From positions 1-64,000 of IMG/VR virus record IMGVR_UViG_3300025168_000053: DNA of 64,000 nucleotides; one strand, written 5' to 3'. Shown in pieces: positions 11,001-18,842 of this stretch. The position numbers and the translations under genes are program-made. The stretch is from a virus. The notes under the pieces were generated by a model. That model did not search any database. It saw only the letters and a list, made by a program, of their open reading frames with translations, and was not told the DNA's origin. Positions within the stretch are counted from its first letter, which is position 1. Every line of letters begins with the position of its first letter.

Positions 11001-11509
11001 TTATGCAGTTCACACGTAAAGCAATCACTAAAGACGATACCGCTAAAACAACAGAATATCTTTTGAAAAATGTCAAGGGATTGAATAAGAAAATGCTTGA
11101 GATGTATTGCGGTGAATATGGTATCGAAAAAACAGAAGATAGCAAAAAGTGGACTGTGAATCAAGCAATTGATGATGATGTCATCGAAAATATGTTTCCT
11201 CGAATGAATCGGGTTTCACCAGATGGTGGCGCATGGTCTGGCCTTCAAGCGGATATTACCGCACCAAGAGGCCCAACAGAACTTATTGAGGATAGTGGGA
11301 CTACATTTTACGATCCCAAAGAATCCGAAGAGGTTGAAGAGATTCCAATGAAACATTTGCAGGTCAAAGATAACGCAACTGGGGATCAAGCCGTTGTTGA
11401 TATTGAAAATGGCAAGGCAACATTAAGAATGCCTCTAAAAACGCAACAGGGGATGGCTGATGAGCAAGAATCCGAACCTGATGATAGGTCGGAAGCCGAA
11501 GAGATTTGA
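8039..11509 (+). CDS. Large head-module protein containing a degenerate ATP-dependent ligase (nucleotidyltransferase) domain
   Basis: WIVQKMPQGKR (motif I), IFDGY (III), VVDLL (IIIa), ELLIR (IV) and KWIRY (V) occur in correct order at about 10150-10565. Confidence 0.75.
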   Translation: MTTDLDRLRTDAIISIHKASPFDFKHYAGQIPEGEETPLDTATMLGGMSPELPEFRMTNLSAPMAVSQMKIPSHADFIAGHTKVSNSPLTDWPIASPENQFGEHQPFGMKSNSCPLLHGAAWGDPAYAEHLAHAMPNLKEIAQREKRINFDPDRYGQPKETLHDLMIRDRNRYNTYSDEEYRDGKVNEWQKRLGLLPYLFGLEYNSEDQREHFIRLMKKMGTKKDLNSPDSRVLRNKMQEKAGISWGRALRSFRARFIPLLQWWRRASDRHGPVTPAQMPMPMMMPNVDLMKSDPSNADLHFVSPYVEMPQGVEESFTHHWWDIFQPWGGVGRDYNSLHDILKQSYPEVFDNGWLDDVLMNTSNNMLDTYDSDGGSHFPNVTNHPDAKGHPDHASLKSNFNDAEFFEKRRANWSHASNLHFLHPSEVQGQGGRMLIPSDQMMMSRLGRSLSGQADMGSPRIGMFREEHPSSNPTYWDNHNALFAANDMHMGKVMNNMAQKVMKQLGSGILNPADPKNMEQATLARGNLQQLASAADFAMKKVNMGDEYRALAPSMNGTDMAMQLKSIGPVHPSSFATTPPIYNTGNTHLWGHEMPATLTWKHDPQSGGISFGMAEEPFNIMQRTVHENKIKAVLPSLLESSIMPKQRDIHALSALDSRGLSPIATGSILKAEDYEPTGVFTTKIIPAYTIHKLEDMDKLKGFSGDWIVQKMPQGKRMFVEKKGNHLKTDKLPSKIKKQLREIKGDFIFDGYLDGKTLKVVDLLVHKGSDLHLEPLDDRINALRTLYDSTENVHFPMPTNCVSTDHEGLDKAISNFDENELLIRDSKSTFMKEKEVHPKWIRYAKESIAKAFYPPMPELIVYPNQIKLVYPSIYDPVIVKGDFDGKGFNISSFEGYDAIFDKARKDIPLWGPVAIDLLKEGAAAGGGGGASSAGGASGAFTSSDAGSYQPLHSTPKRKKPRKLKITKQTLLRAPSIIGENEEGDNVAAIMQFTRKAITKDDTAKTTEYLLKNVKGLNKKMLEMYCGEYGIEKTEDSKKWTVNQAIDDDVIENMFPRMNRVSPDGGAWSGLQADITAPRGPTELIEDSGTTFYDPKESEEVEEIPMKHLQVKDNATGDQAVVDIENGKATLRMPLKTQQGMADEQESEPDDRSEAEEI

Positions 11510-11517
11510 ACATATCC

Positions 11518-11527
11518 CTTCATATAG
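11518..11527 (+). promoter_or_regulatory. Putative TATA box (CTTCATATAG) of a leaderless protease-MCP transcript
   Basis: Lies in a rare intergenic gap about 25-30 nt before ATG 11552, which has no SD. The same 9-mer occurs at 48198-48206 on the - strand. Confidence 0.5.
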
Positions 11528-11551
11528 GATTACACGAAGTCGTATAGTTTA

Positions 11552-12895
11552 ATGGCGACCAGTCTTGAACTCCACACCGCATCTTGGAATGCGGAAGGTT
11601 CGGACTTTTTATTGAAGTCGTCTGGTAGTCAAGGCGAACTTTATGTTGCTGGCTACGCATCTGTTGATATGGTGGATAAGCAGGGAGATAGAATCCCAAC
11701 TGCTGCTCTAAAGAAAGCATTCGGTCAATTCATGGATAACAAAGCATTCCGCAACGTTCAGTTGGCACATTCTGGTATTCAAGTCGGTGAAGTTGTTGGC
11801 AACCACACAGACTCCGATGGCCGAGTATGGAAATCAGAAGTGGATGATCACGGACTATTCGTAGTATGTAAGATTCGCAATGATATTCAAAAAGCACGTG
11901 AAGTGCAAAAACAGATTCGCAACGGAGATTTGCGAGCATTCTCGATTGGGGGTCAAGCCCTATTCCGTGTGAGTAAAACCACACCAGAACTTGGCAACCA
12001 TCGAGAGATTACCGATCTTGAACTGCATGAAATTACGCTGTGCAAGAAAGGAATAAACCCAGAATCAACCTACACGATACTAAAAATGGAAGATGATAAC
12101 ATGAGCAATACGGAAACCCTAAATGAAATTAAGGCTGGACTGAACACAGTCCTCAAAGAACTGAGCGAAAAAGCCGATGACAAGGAAATGAAAGAAGAAA
12201 AGTTGTATAACGAAGATAAAACGGATGCCAAAAAATCCTTTGAGGAAGAAGCGGCACTCGAATACATCACAACTCTTGAAAAGTTTGCTCAAGAATCTGG
12301 CGTTGATTTGAATGCGGTTCGTGATCACTTTGGTTTGGAGAAGGCTTACCTCCCAGAACAAGGTCGTGGCGGTTATTCTCACCGAGGACAAGGAGATGAA
12401 GTCGGATCTGGCGAAGGTGCAACCGAGCCATCTTATCCATCTCTCCCATCCCCAAGTGGCAATCAAAACGTCATCAAAGCCCCAAGTGTTCGCCCAATGG
12501 CAATGAACGCACCAAGCGGCAATGAAAACGTTATCAAGTCCTTGACTCCTGAAACATTGGAAAAAGGCTATCGAACTTACGCTGCACTTCGAGATGAAGA
12601 AGCAGTAAAGGGTCTTGTTGAGAAAGAATGGCAAGAGCGATACAATGTTGAAACAACTCAGGCAATCGAGATGCGAAAAGCAAACGATGTTGGCGTTCAG
12701 TTGAACTCTCTCCGTGAAGAGATCGCAATGCTCAAGTCGGAAAATGATACGTTGTCAAAGAGCGACTTGACACCTACAACCCCATCAACTTCAATCCGTG
12801 TTCCAACTCATGCTGAGTTTGGCGCAATGGGAAGCGACCTCGACGGCTGGCGAGCAGCAGAAATGCTCGCTCAACGTGCTTTGCGGGGCGAGTGA
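11552..12895 (+). CDS. HK97-family prohead protease fused to a scaffold-like coiled coil
   Basis: VAGYAS...VDKQGD, LAHS (His), AFSIGG (Ser), LHEITL...GINPES. Lies immediately upstream of the MCP. Confidence 0.93.
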   Translation: MATSLELHTASWNAEGSDFLLKSSGSQGELYVAGYASVDMVDKQGDRIPTAALKKAFGQFMDNKAFRNVQLAHSGIQVGEVVGNHTDSDGRVWKSEVDDHGLFVVCKIRNDIQKAREVQKQIRNGDLRAFSIGGQALFRVSKTTPELGNHREITDLELHEITLCKKGINPESTYTILKMEDDNMSNTETLNEIKAGLNTVLKELSEKADDKEMKEEKLYNEDKTDAKKSFEEEAALEYITTLEKFAQESGVDLNAVRDHFGLEKAYLPEQGRGGYSHRGQGDEVGSGEGATEPSYPSLPSPSGNQNVIKAPSVRPMAMNAPSGNENVIKSLTPETLEKGYRTYAALRDEEAVKGLVEKEWQERYNVETTQAIEMRKANDVGVQLNSLREEIAMLKSENDTLSKSDLTPTTPSTSIRVPTHAEFGAMGSDLDGWRAAEMLAQRALRGE

Positions 12896-12924
12896 AAACC
12901 AAAAAATAAATGGAGATGAATAAG

Positions 12925-14073
12925 ATGACACAAGGATATATCCGAACAATCGAAGACATGGAACGCCTTTACTACGGTGCGGGTGCTGGAACAAACGCAT
13001 GGGCATACAGTGGAACAGACTTACTCAAGGCTGATAACCCATTGATGTCCTCAACATCAGGAACTTACCAAGCGATCTTTGGTCGTAAAGTTTGGTCACA
13101 GTTGAACCAAGAGTTCAACGCCTTCTCAATTCTTCCTAAGAAACCCTGGGAAAAGAGTGGATGGCGTGTCGTGACTGGCAAGCCAACTGATGCTGTCGGT
13201 GTCCCTGAAAACGGTGCGCTTCCAGATTCGACCAAGCCAACCTTTGAAGAAGTCAGCACAAAGCCAAAGACTGTGGCTTCTAAGTTTGACCTCAGCGAAA
13301 CCGCCATGTTCCTTGCAGACAAGGATGATGGACTGGGCGATGCAAGGGCTGTTATCAAGATGGAAATGTCGAAATCTCACGCTGAGAGCATTAACAAAAT
13401 GCTTCTTCGAGATGTTGATACCGTTGCTTCAAACAACTTTGAATCACTTGATCGTGCAACTTCTTCCTCTTTCACTGAACCAGCAAGTTTCGGTGACATC
13501 TCGGCTTTGACAGACCACAACATGTATTCCATTACCCGCAACTCAACTGGCGCAAACAGTTGGTTTGATGCAAACGTGGATGCTGGAACTGCTGGTGCTG
13601 AACGCCCTCTCACCCTGAATGTCCTTGACGGAATGTTCCGCAAGGTCTGGGAACGTGGAGGTCAGCCAAAGGTCATGCTCACTGGATATGATACCATTGA
13701 GAAGATTCAACAACTGCTTCAACCTCAGCAGCGTTTCACTGAAATGAAGCGTGTCACGCCATCCGTGAACGGTGTTCAAGGAATCCCTGGTATGGAAGGC
13801 GGATTTGTTGTCGCAACCTACAATGGTGTGCCAATCATCCCTGCAAAGGATGTTCACGCACCAGCAGGTGGACTATCTCGAATCTATATGCTTGATACAG
13901 ATTACATGTATTTTTGCACAGCAAAACCAACTCTTTACCACGAAAGCGGAATTGAGACTGGCGATCCATTCGGTATCAACCGTCTTGGTCAAGTCGGACT
14001 CTTCCACACAATGGGTGAACTTTGGCAACTCTTCTATGGCGCACACGGCAAGATTCGTGACCTATCCGCCTGA
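12925..14073 (+). CDS. Major capsid protein (HK97 fold)
   Basis: Position after the protease, size, and VATYNGVPII / IYMLDT motifs. Resembles magrovirus/HGTV-1-type MCP as I recall it. The start at 12925 has a GGAG SD (track start 12910). Confidence 0.92.
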   Translation: MTQGYIRTIEDMERLYYGAGAGTNAWAYSGTDLLKADNPLMSSTSGTYQAIFGRKVWSQLNQEFNAFSILPKKPWEKSGWRVVTGKPTDAVGVPENGALPDSTKPTFEEVSTKPKTVASKFDLSETAMFLADKDDGLGDARAVIKMEMSKSHAESINKMLLRDVDTVASNNFESLDRATSSSFTEPASFGDISALTDHNMYSITRNSTGANSWFDANVDAGTAGAERPLTLNVLDGMFRKVWERGGQPKVMLTGYDTIEKIQQLLQPQQRFTEMKRVTPSVNGVQGIPGMEGGFVVATYNGVPIIPAKDVHAPAGGLSRIYMLDTDYMYFCTAKPTLYHESGIETGDPFGINRLGQVGLFHTMGELWQLFYGAHGKIRDLSA

Positions 14074-14107
14074 TACTCAAAACAAAAAAATATGGAGATG
14101 AATTAAG

Positions 14108-14524
14108 ATGGCAAATGCAAACCTAACTGGAAATGGAACTGTTGTCCTTAACGCCGCACTATGGGCTGGCGTTGGTGGACTTACAAAAGTGAACAACGCT
14201 GGCACATTGATTGATGCTGGCGATACTGATTGGCTACAAAGCCCAATTGGATCGAATGCAGCAAATGGCACTGTTCACCTGGGCGTAGTTGATGTGGTCG
14301 TCGCTGATGGTGACGCTGCTTTCGCTTATGACCTTGCTTTGGCTACAAACGCTGTGTCTGGAACAACCCTTGTTGGGCTTCTTTCAGCACACAACATCAC
14401 AACCGCAGGTGGAAACGCTTTCACGGTTGCTGGAAACGTTTCAACCACAACACTGATCAAATTGACCCCCGCAGCAGCAGGTCAAGATGGCGACACTGTT
14501 CGATTGACTTTCTTATACCGTTGA
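14108..14524 (+). CDS. Probable capsid decoration/minor capsid protein
   Basis: A/G/T/V-rich beta protein directly after the MCP with a near-identical RBS region. Confidence 0.65.
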   Translation: MANANLTGNGTVVLNAALWAGVGGLTKVNNAGTLIDAGDTDWLQSPIGSNAANGTVHLGVVDVVVADGDAAFAYDLALATNAVSGTTLVGLLSAHNITTAGGNAFTVAGNVSTTTLIKLTPAAAGQDGDTVRLTFLYR

Positions 14525-14535
14525 GGTGAACCTTG

Positions 14536-14931
14536 ATGGTTAAGGTCCAATATGTGGGCGGCAGTTCTTACACTGAGTTCGCTCTTGATGGCGTGAGAAC
14601 TGGTTTTTCACGTGGCATGATTCGAGATTTACCAGATTCATTTGTTGATACAATGATCCGACCTGGTATTGAACACGGCACAACTATGTGGAAAATCATT
14701 GAAGATTCAAAACCTGATGAAAAAACAGAAGCAATGAAGGCTACAATTGAGCCGACTGTTGAAGAGATCGTTGAAGAACTGGTTGAAGAAACAGAAAGCG
14801 AAGAAGCAGTTGAAGAGGTTAATTACTCATCCTTGACGAGAGCAAAATTGATGTCTCTATGCAAAGAACGTGGAATTGCTGTTAAGAACACTTCAAAGAA
14901 AGCAGAACTCATTGAACTTTTGTCGGCATGA
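14536..14931 (+). CDS. Protein with C-terminal Rho-N/HeH-like nucleic-acid-binding motif
   Basis: YSSLTRAKLMSLCKERGI...KKAELIELL. GAGGTGA SD. Confidence 0.75.
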   Translation: MVKVQYVGGSSYTEFALDGVRTGFSRGMIRDLPDSFVDTMIRPGIEHGTTMWKIIEDSKPDEKTEAMKATIEPTVEEIVEELVEETESEEAVEEVNYSSLTRAKLMSLCKERGIAVKNTSKKAELIELLSA

Positions 14932-14945
14932 TAAGGTGATTTATC

Positions 14946-15467
14946 ATGACGGGCAACAGGCAAACAATGACTGATGGAGAGAATTACCTCAGCCGTTGCC
15001 GTGTTAATCGTTATGTTGTTGAAATCTCAGGTGAGAATCCCGCAGTTCAAGTCCGAATAAACGGAAAGGTTTCAAAGGTCATTGTTGATGCAACAGGGGC
15101 GACAACACTTGGCTCAACTTCCAATGTAGGAGAACTCCAATTTTTAATGGATGTTGAAACAGATGGGGGATCCGAACACCCTTACTTTGATAAAATATCA
15201 AAATTGAACTTTACTGGTTCTGGCGGAGATATGGTTTCAATGCACGAAGTCACGCAAGGATCGAATCAAGGAACTGCTAATTCAAAGAACTCACTTCACT
15301 TTTCAGTTTCAACCACCTCCGCTTCCGAATCGGGGGCTGGCGCAATTAACGAACCCGCAGCATGGAACGGCCTTGTTTGCGGAAATGTTAGGATTGTTAT
15401 TGGTTGCACAGCACCAGCCGCAGTAGCCCCACCATCCGTTGTCCGAGTCATTATCCTTACTGAATAA
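14946..15467 (+). CDS. Hypothetical virion protein
   Basis: AGGTGA SD, beta-rich, in the structural module. Confidence 0.7.
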   Translation: MTGNRQTMTDGENYLSRCRVNRYVVEISGENPAVQVRINGKVSKVIVDATGATTLGSTSNVGELQFLMDVETDGGSEHPYFDKISKLNFTGSGGDMVSMHEVTQGSNQGTANSKNSLHFSVSTTSASESGAGAINEPAAWNGLVCGNVRIVIGCTAPAAVAPPSVVRVIILTE

Positions 15468-15516
15468 GCATCTATTATGAAAAGGGATATAAACAAAAAC
15501 GAACTGAGGAATAAAT

Positions 15517-15831
15517 ATGGCATTGACGGTCACACAAGAAGGAAGAGATAACGTAAGCGGTTCACGAAAAACCGTTGTATTGAAAGTAGTGCCTGATGCT
15601 TCATGGCTTGCTGCTGGCGAAGCACTTGTTCTCACTGATTATGTCAAAACAATTGAATCAATCTCCCTTGATGGTGGCGCAACAGGATATGTCTGGCAAT
15701 ATGATCGGGCAAACAACAAGTTGCTCGCTTTTGAAGCGGGATCTGATGGTGCGGCTTTGGATGCCGTCGCTGATGCAACCAACCTTTCAACTCACACCGT
15801 CTATATCACCGTGACTGGCCGACGTGCATGA
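15517..15831 (+). CDS. Small beta-rich virion protein
   Basis: Composition and position. GATATAAA TATA-like box about 25 nt upstream. Confidence 0.7.
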   Translation: MALTVTQEGRDNVSGSRKTVVLKVVPDASWLAAGEALVLTDYVKTIESISLDGGATGYVWQYDRANNKLLAFEAGSDGAALDAVADATNLSTHTVYITVTGRRA

Positions 15832-15844
15832 GGGGGAATACCCC

Positions 15845-16159
15845 ATGCCAAGACTCGAATTAGGCGACATAGACCTTGACACTTCGCTTGAGATTAAAAA
15901 GCGAAGGAATACTCGAATGTTTGAGTTAGCAACGAATCAAGGTTCGATTGCCGAGGATCAATCTCCTTTCAGCAAAGAAAACATGGCGAGAGCAGCGAAC
16001 ACCTTTGTTAAGGTGACACAGCAACAAGCCAAAGACATTCAAAACATCGGCTCAGGAACACGTTGTTTGTCCTGTGGTATGCTTCACTTCTGTTGGACTC
16101 CCGAATGCGCCGTATGTGGAGATCAAATGCACTACAACTTAGGAGGACACCACCAATGA
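15845..16159 (+). CDS. Zn-finger protein
   Basis: CLSC...CAVC. GAGGGG SD before ATG 15845. Confidence 0.75.
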   Translation: MPRLELGDIDLDTSLEIKKRRNTRMFELATNQGSIAEDQSPFSKENMARAANTFVKVTQQQAKDIQNIGSGTRCLSCGMLHFCWTPECAVCGDQMHYNLGGHHQ

Positions 16160-16521
16160 GCAAAAAAGACTCCAACCCATTCAACCCAACAAAGAAAAAC
16201 CCTGATTCTCAGCCGTATAATGAACCAGTTAATCCAAAGAAAAGACAGCCTTTTGCACCAAAGCGGGATGTCGCTGCGGATAAGAAAAATATGGAGAACA
16301 ACATGATGAATGATCCAAAGAACTTTGGTAAATCAAAGGATGTTGTTTTTGACACTTCATGGGATTTGATGAAGTTTGGCGATTGCCCAGTTTGTCTTGG
16401 CGATCATATGGCTTGCCCTACACCTGATGTTCCAATGTCAGCATGTGGGACTCGAAGAAACGCAATTAAACACATGATGCGAGGCAAAGGTGGAAGACCC
16501 CCAATGATCCTCCGCCAGTAA
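16156..16521 (+). CDS. Small basic protein with internal FDTSWDLMK tag
   Basis: ATGA overlap and AGGAGG SD. Tag at 16348-16374 followed by a CPVC module. Confidence 0.75.
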   Translation: MSKKDSNPFNPTKKNPDSQPYNEPVNPKKRQPFAPKRDVAADKKNMENNMMNDPKNFGKSKDVVFDTSWDLMKFGDCPVCLGDHMACPTPDVPMSACGTRRNAIKHMMRGKGGRPPMILRQ

Positions 16522-16534
16522 GGAGGGATAGACG

Positions 16535-18115
16535 CTGCCAGAAATCTTCAATCCAGGTCATCGGCCAAGTTCGCCTTTGTTCCCAGAAGAACTGGTATAT
16601 TGTAGCGTTGATGACGTTGCCAATTTTCTTCAACTGCCCCTCCCCGATCCAGTGGCACTATCTGGCGATAGCATCGTTGCTGGTGATAATTTGAAATTGC
16701 CAATAACTGGTGCAAATTACAGGCGTTGGAAAATTGAGAAGGACACCTCAATTACTGTTTATGATGATGCAAATGCGCTTGGCGATACCTACACTGTATT
16801 GACCGTTGAAAGCGGCAGTAGTGGCAACGTCAATGTCATTGTTGAGCAAATAGCCAGCGAAACATATTCCACCGCCAATGGCGCACAAATACAAATCAAT
16901 TCGGCATTAACCAATAGCAAAGAACGTGGATTGACGAAATCACAGGTTGAATCACTTATCCGTGAAAAGCAAGATTACATTGATACCGTGTGCCGTATGA
17001 CATGGAGGCCGCATATTGCTTCTGATCAGTATTACAATTTCACCACCTTCAAACCGTATAGAAGACGGTATTATACTGATTATGTGGGTGCTGTTTATCT
17101 TCGACATAGGGCAGTTCAAAGAATCCTTCGTTTGAGCGTTTGGCAAGGCGACAAATACCGAGAGTTGGGTTCGTCAATTGCTAAGTTTGAAGTTAAGCAT
17201 AATTCAATCACCGCTACGGATAAGTTGTTCCTATGCCCTGGTGTGCCTCATACGGCTACGCTGGAACGTGGAAAGACTTTGACTACGTGGGATGGGGATT
17301 TTGGGCATAAAACAACCGCACAGAACATTGCGAATCTCATTAACAAAGATACGGCAACTTCACGTGGAGATATTGCGATTGGGACTTTGACTGAGAATAG
17401 CAAACAACTCAATGTGGATAATGAGTATTTGGCAACGGCCAATAGTGATGAAGGAGATGGATTTGTCACTATCTCATCTATGCGTTCAACAGAAGAAGGT
17501 GAGGATTCAACCATTGCTACAACCAATCGAGAGGCTTTTGAGTTCTCATTGGTGCATGACCCTGAAAGCGCAATCACTAATGTTGATGGATCGAACTTTA
17601 CCGTTGCTAATGGAAGCACCTTTAGCGAAAGAATAGGGTTGGTTTTTTACACCAAATCGGAAACAACTTATGTTGCTCGATGTAGCCGTTTGGCGAATGT
17701 ATTCACTGTTCAAGCCGAGTTGGTGGCAGGTTTTACATCAAATCTGGCAACTGATATTGTAGTGAAGCAATTGCGATTCAAAACCGACATCATAGATGAA
17801 GCCCGTCAAAAGGATTGGTGGGCTATGGAGGATAACGGGGCAATCATGTTCAACAATCAATATCCGTTCTATGAAAACCATTCAATCAAAGTATCATACA
17901 TATTTGGAGAGCGATATTTGGATAAGGTCATTAAAGAGGCTTGCATCAAAATGGTTTGCATGGATATATACCTCACTGATGATTATACAGTTCTTTTCCC
18001 AGAAGGAACAAGCAACATAGACTTGAATACAAAAGTGCAAAAGTTGGATGAAGAAGTCAAGCGAATGTTAATTCCTTATCAAGAAACAATCATTGTTGCA
18101 GGGATGGGTGGTTAA
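16535..18115 (+). CDS. Head-tail adaptor/connector protein with large insertions
   Basis: N-terminal YCSVDDVANFL, QDYIDTVC and C-terminal IKEACIKMV are typical of adaptors. Probable CTG start at 16535 (track start 16577). Confidence 0.7.
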   Translation: MPEIFNPGHRPSSPLFPEELVYCSVDDVANFLQLPLPDPVALSGDSIVAGDNLKLPITGANYRRWKIEKDTSITVYDDANALGDTYTVLTVESGSSGNVNVIVEQIASETYSTANGAQIQINSALTNSKERGLTKSQVESLIREKQDYIDTVCRMTWRPHIASDQYYNFTTFKPYRRRYYTDYVGAVYLRHRAVQRILRLSVWQGDKYRELGSSIAKFEVKHNSITATDKLFLCPGVPHTATLERGKTLTTWDGDFGHKTTAQNIANLINKDTATSRGDIAIGTLTENSKQLNVDNEYLATANSDEGDGFVTISSMRSTEEGEDSTIATTNREAFEFSLVHDPESAITNVDGSNFTVANGSTFSERIGLVFYTKSETTYVARCSRLANVFTVQAELVAGFTSNLATDIVVKQLRFKTDIIDEARQKDWWAMEDNGAIMFNNQYPFYENHSIKVSYIFGERYLDKVIKEACIKMVCMDIYLTDDYTVLFPEGTSNIDLNTKVQKLDEEVKRMLIPYQETIIVAGMGG

Positions 18116-18136
18116 ATGCTCTTTCTTTTTATGGAG

Positions 18137-18388
18137 ATGTATATGAAAGAACTATCAAAGTCTTTCAAGGACATAGCCCGTTCAACTGAGGCTGCTATCA
18201 AAGGCGAATCGGATTATCGAAAACAAATTAAAGATCGTGAAATTAAAATGGCTGAAGCCGATAGTGATAGCATTGAGATGGATGATGAAGAAATTGATAG
18301 AAACGTATCTATACTTGCAGAATCAAGCCCTTACAAGAGAAAGGTTGATGAGGATTTGAAACGCACTTTGAAAGCGATGAATAGGTGA
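18137..18388 (+). CDS. Hypothetical protein (start uncertain, 18116-18143)
   Basis: Fills the gap between adaptor and terminator. Confidence 0.65.
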   Translation: MYMKELSKSFKDIARSTEAAIKGESDYRKQIKDREIKMAEADSDSIEMDDEEIDRNVSILAESSPYKRKVDEDLKRTLKAMNR

Positions 18389-18394
18389 TAATTT

Positions 18395-18832
18395 ATGGCT
18401 AAAGATGCTTTGTTTGCTATTCGAGATTTGTTGGACTCAAATTGGAATATCTCGCCAAAACCTTCTATTGAGGATATTGCAGTATTGGATCGTGGCGAAG
18501 GTAAAAGAGGCCGACTTCAAGATCACGATGTCATCCGACTTTTTGAAACGGCTCATAACGAGGCGCAACCAGAATTGCTCTTTGATTTTGTAAATATAAA
18601 CGTCAATTTGACGATTGATATTCGCACCGTCAAGAGTCGAGAGCGTCTTGCCGCCCTCCGTGACGAGGTTCGACGCATCATTCATAAGCACAGAAAGGGC
18701 AACAATACCGACTTTGATAGGGTTATCTTCAAGACGAGAACCGATTTGTCGGACCGTAGTAAGAGGTTCTTTCGATACACAATGCAAGCCGAAGTGATCA
18801 CGTTTGCTGATGCTTTAGAAACAATAACATGA
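18395..18832 (+). CDS. Probable tail completion/terminator protein
   Basis: 145 aa, directly upstream of the tail tube gene. AGGTGA SD. Confidence 0.65.
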   Translation: MAKDALFAIRDLLDSNWNISPKPSIEDIAVLDRGEGKRGRLQDHDVIRLFETAHNEAQPELLFDFVNINVNLTIDIRTVKSRERLAALRDEVRRIIHKHRKGNNTDFDRVIFKTRTDLSDRSKRFFRYTMQAEVITFADALETIT

Positions 18833-18842
18833 GGAATGAAAA

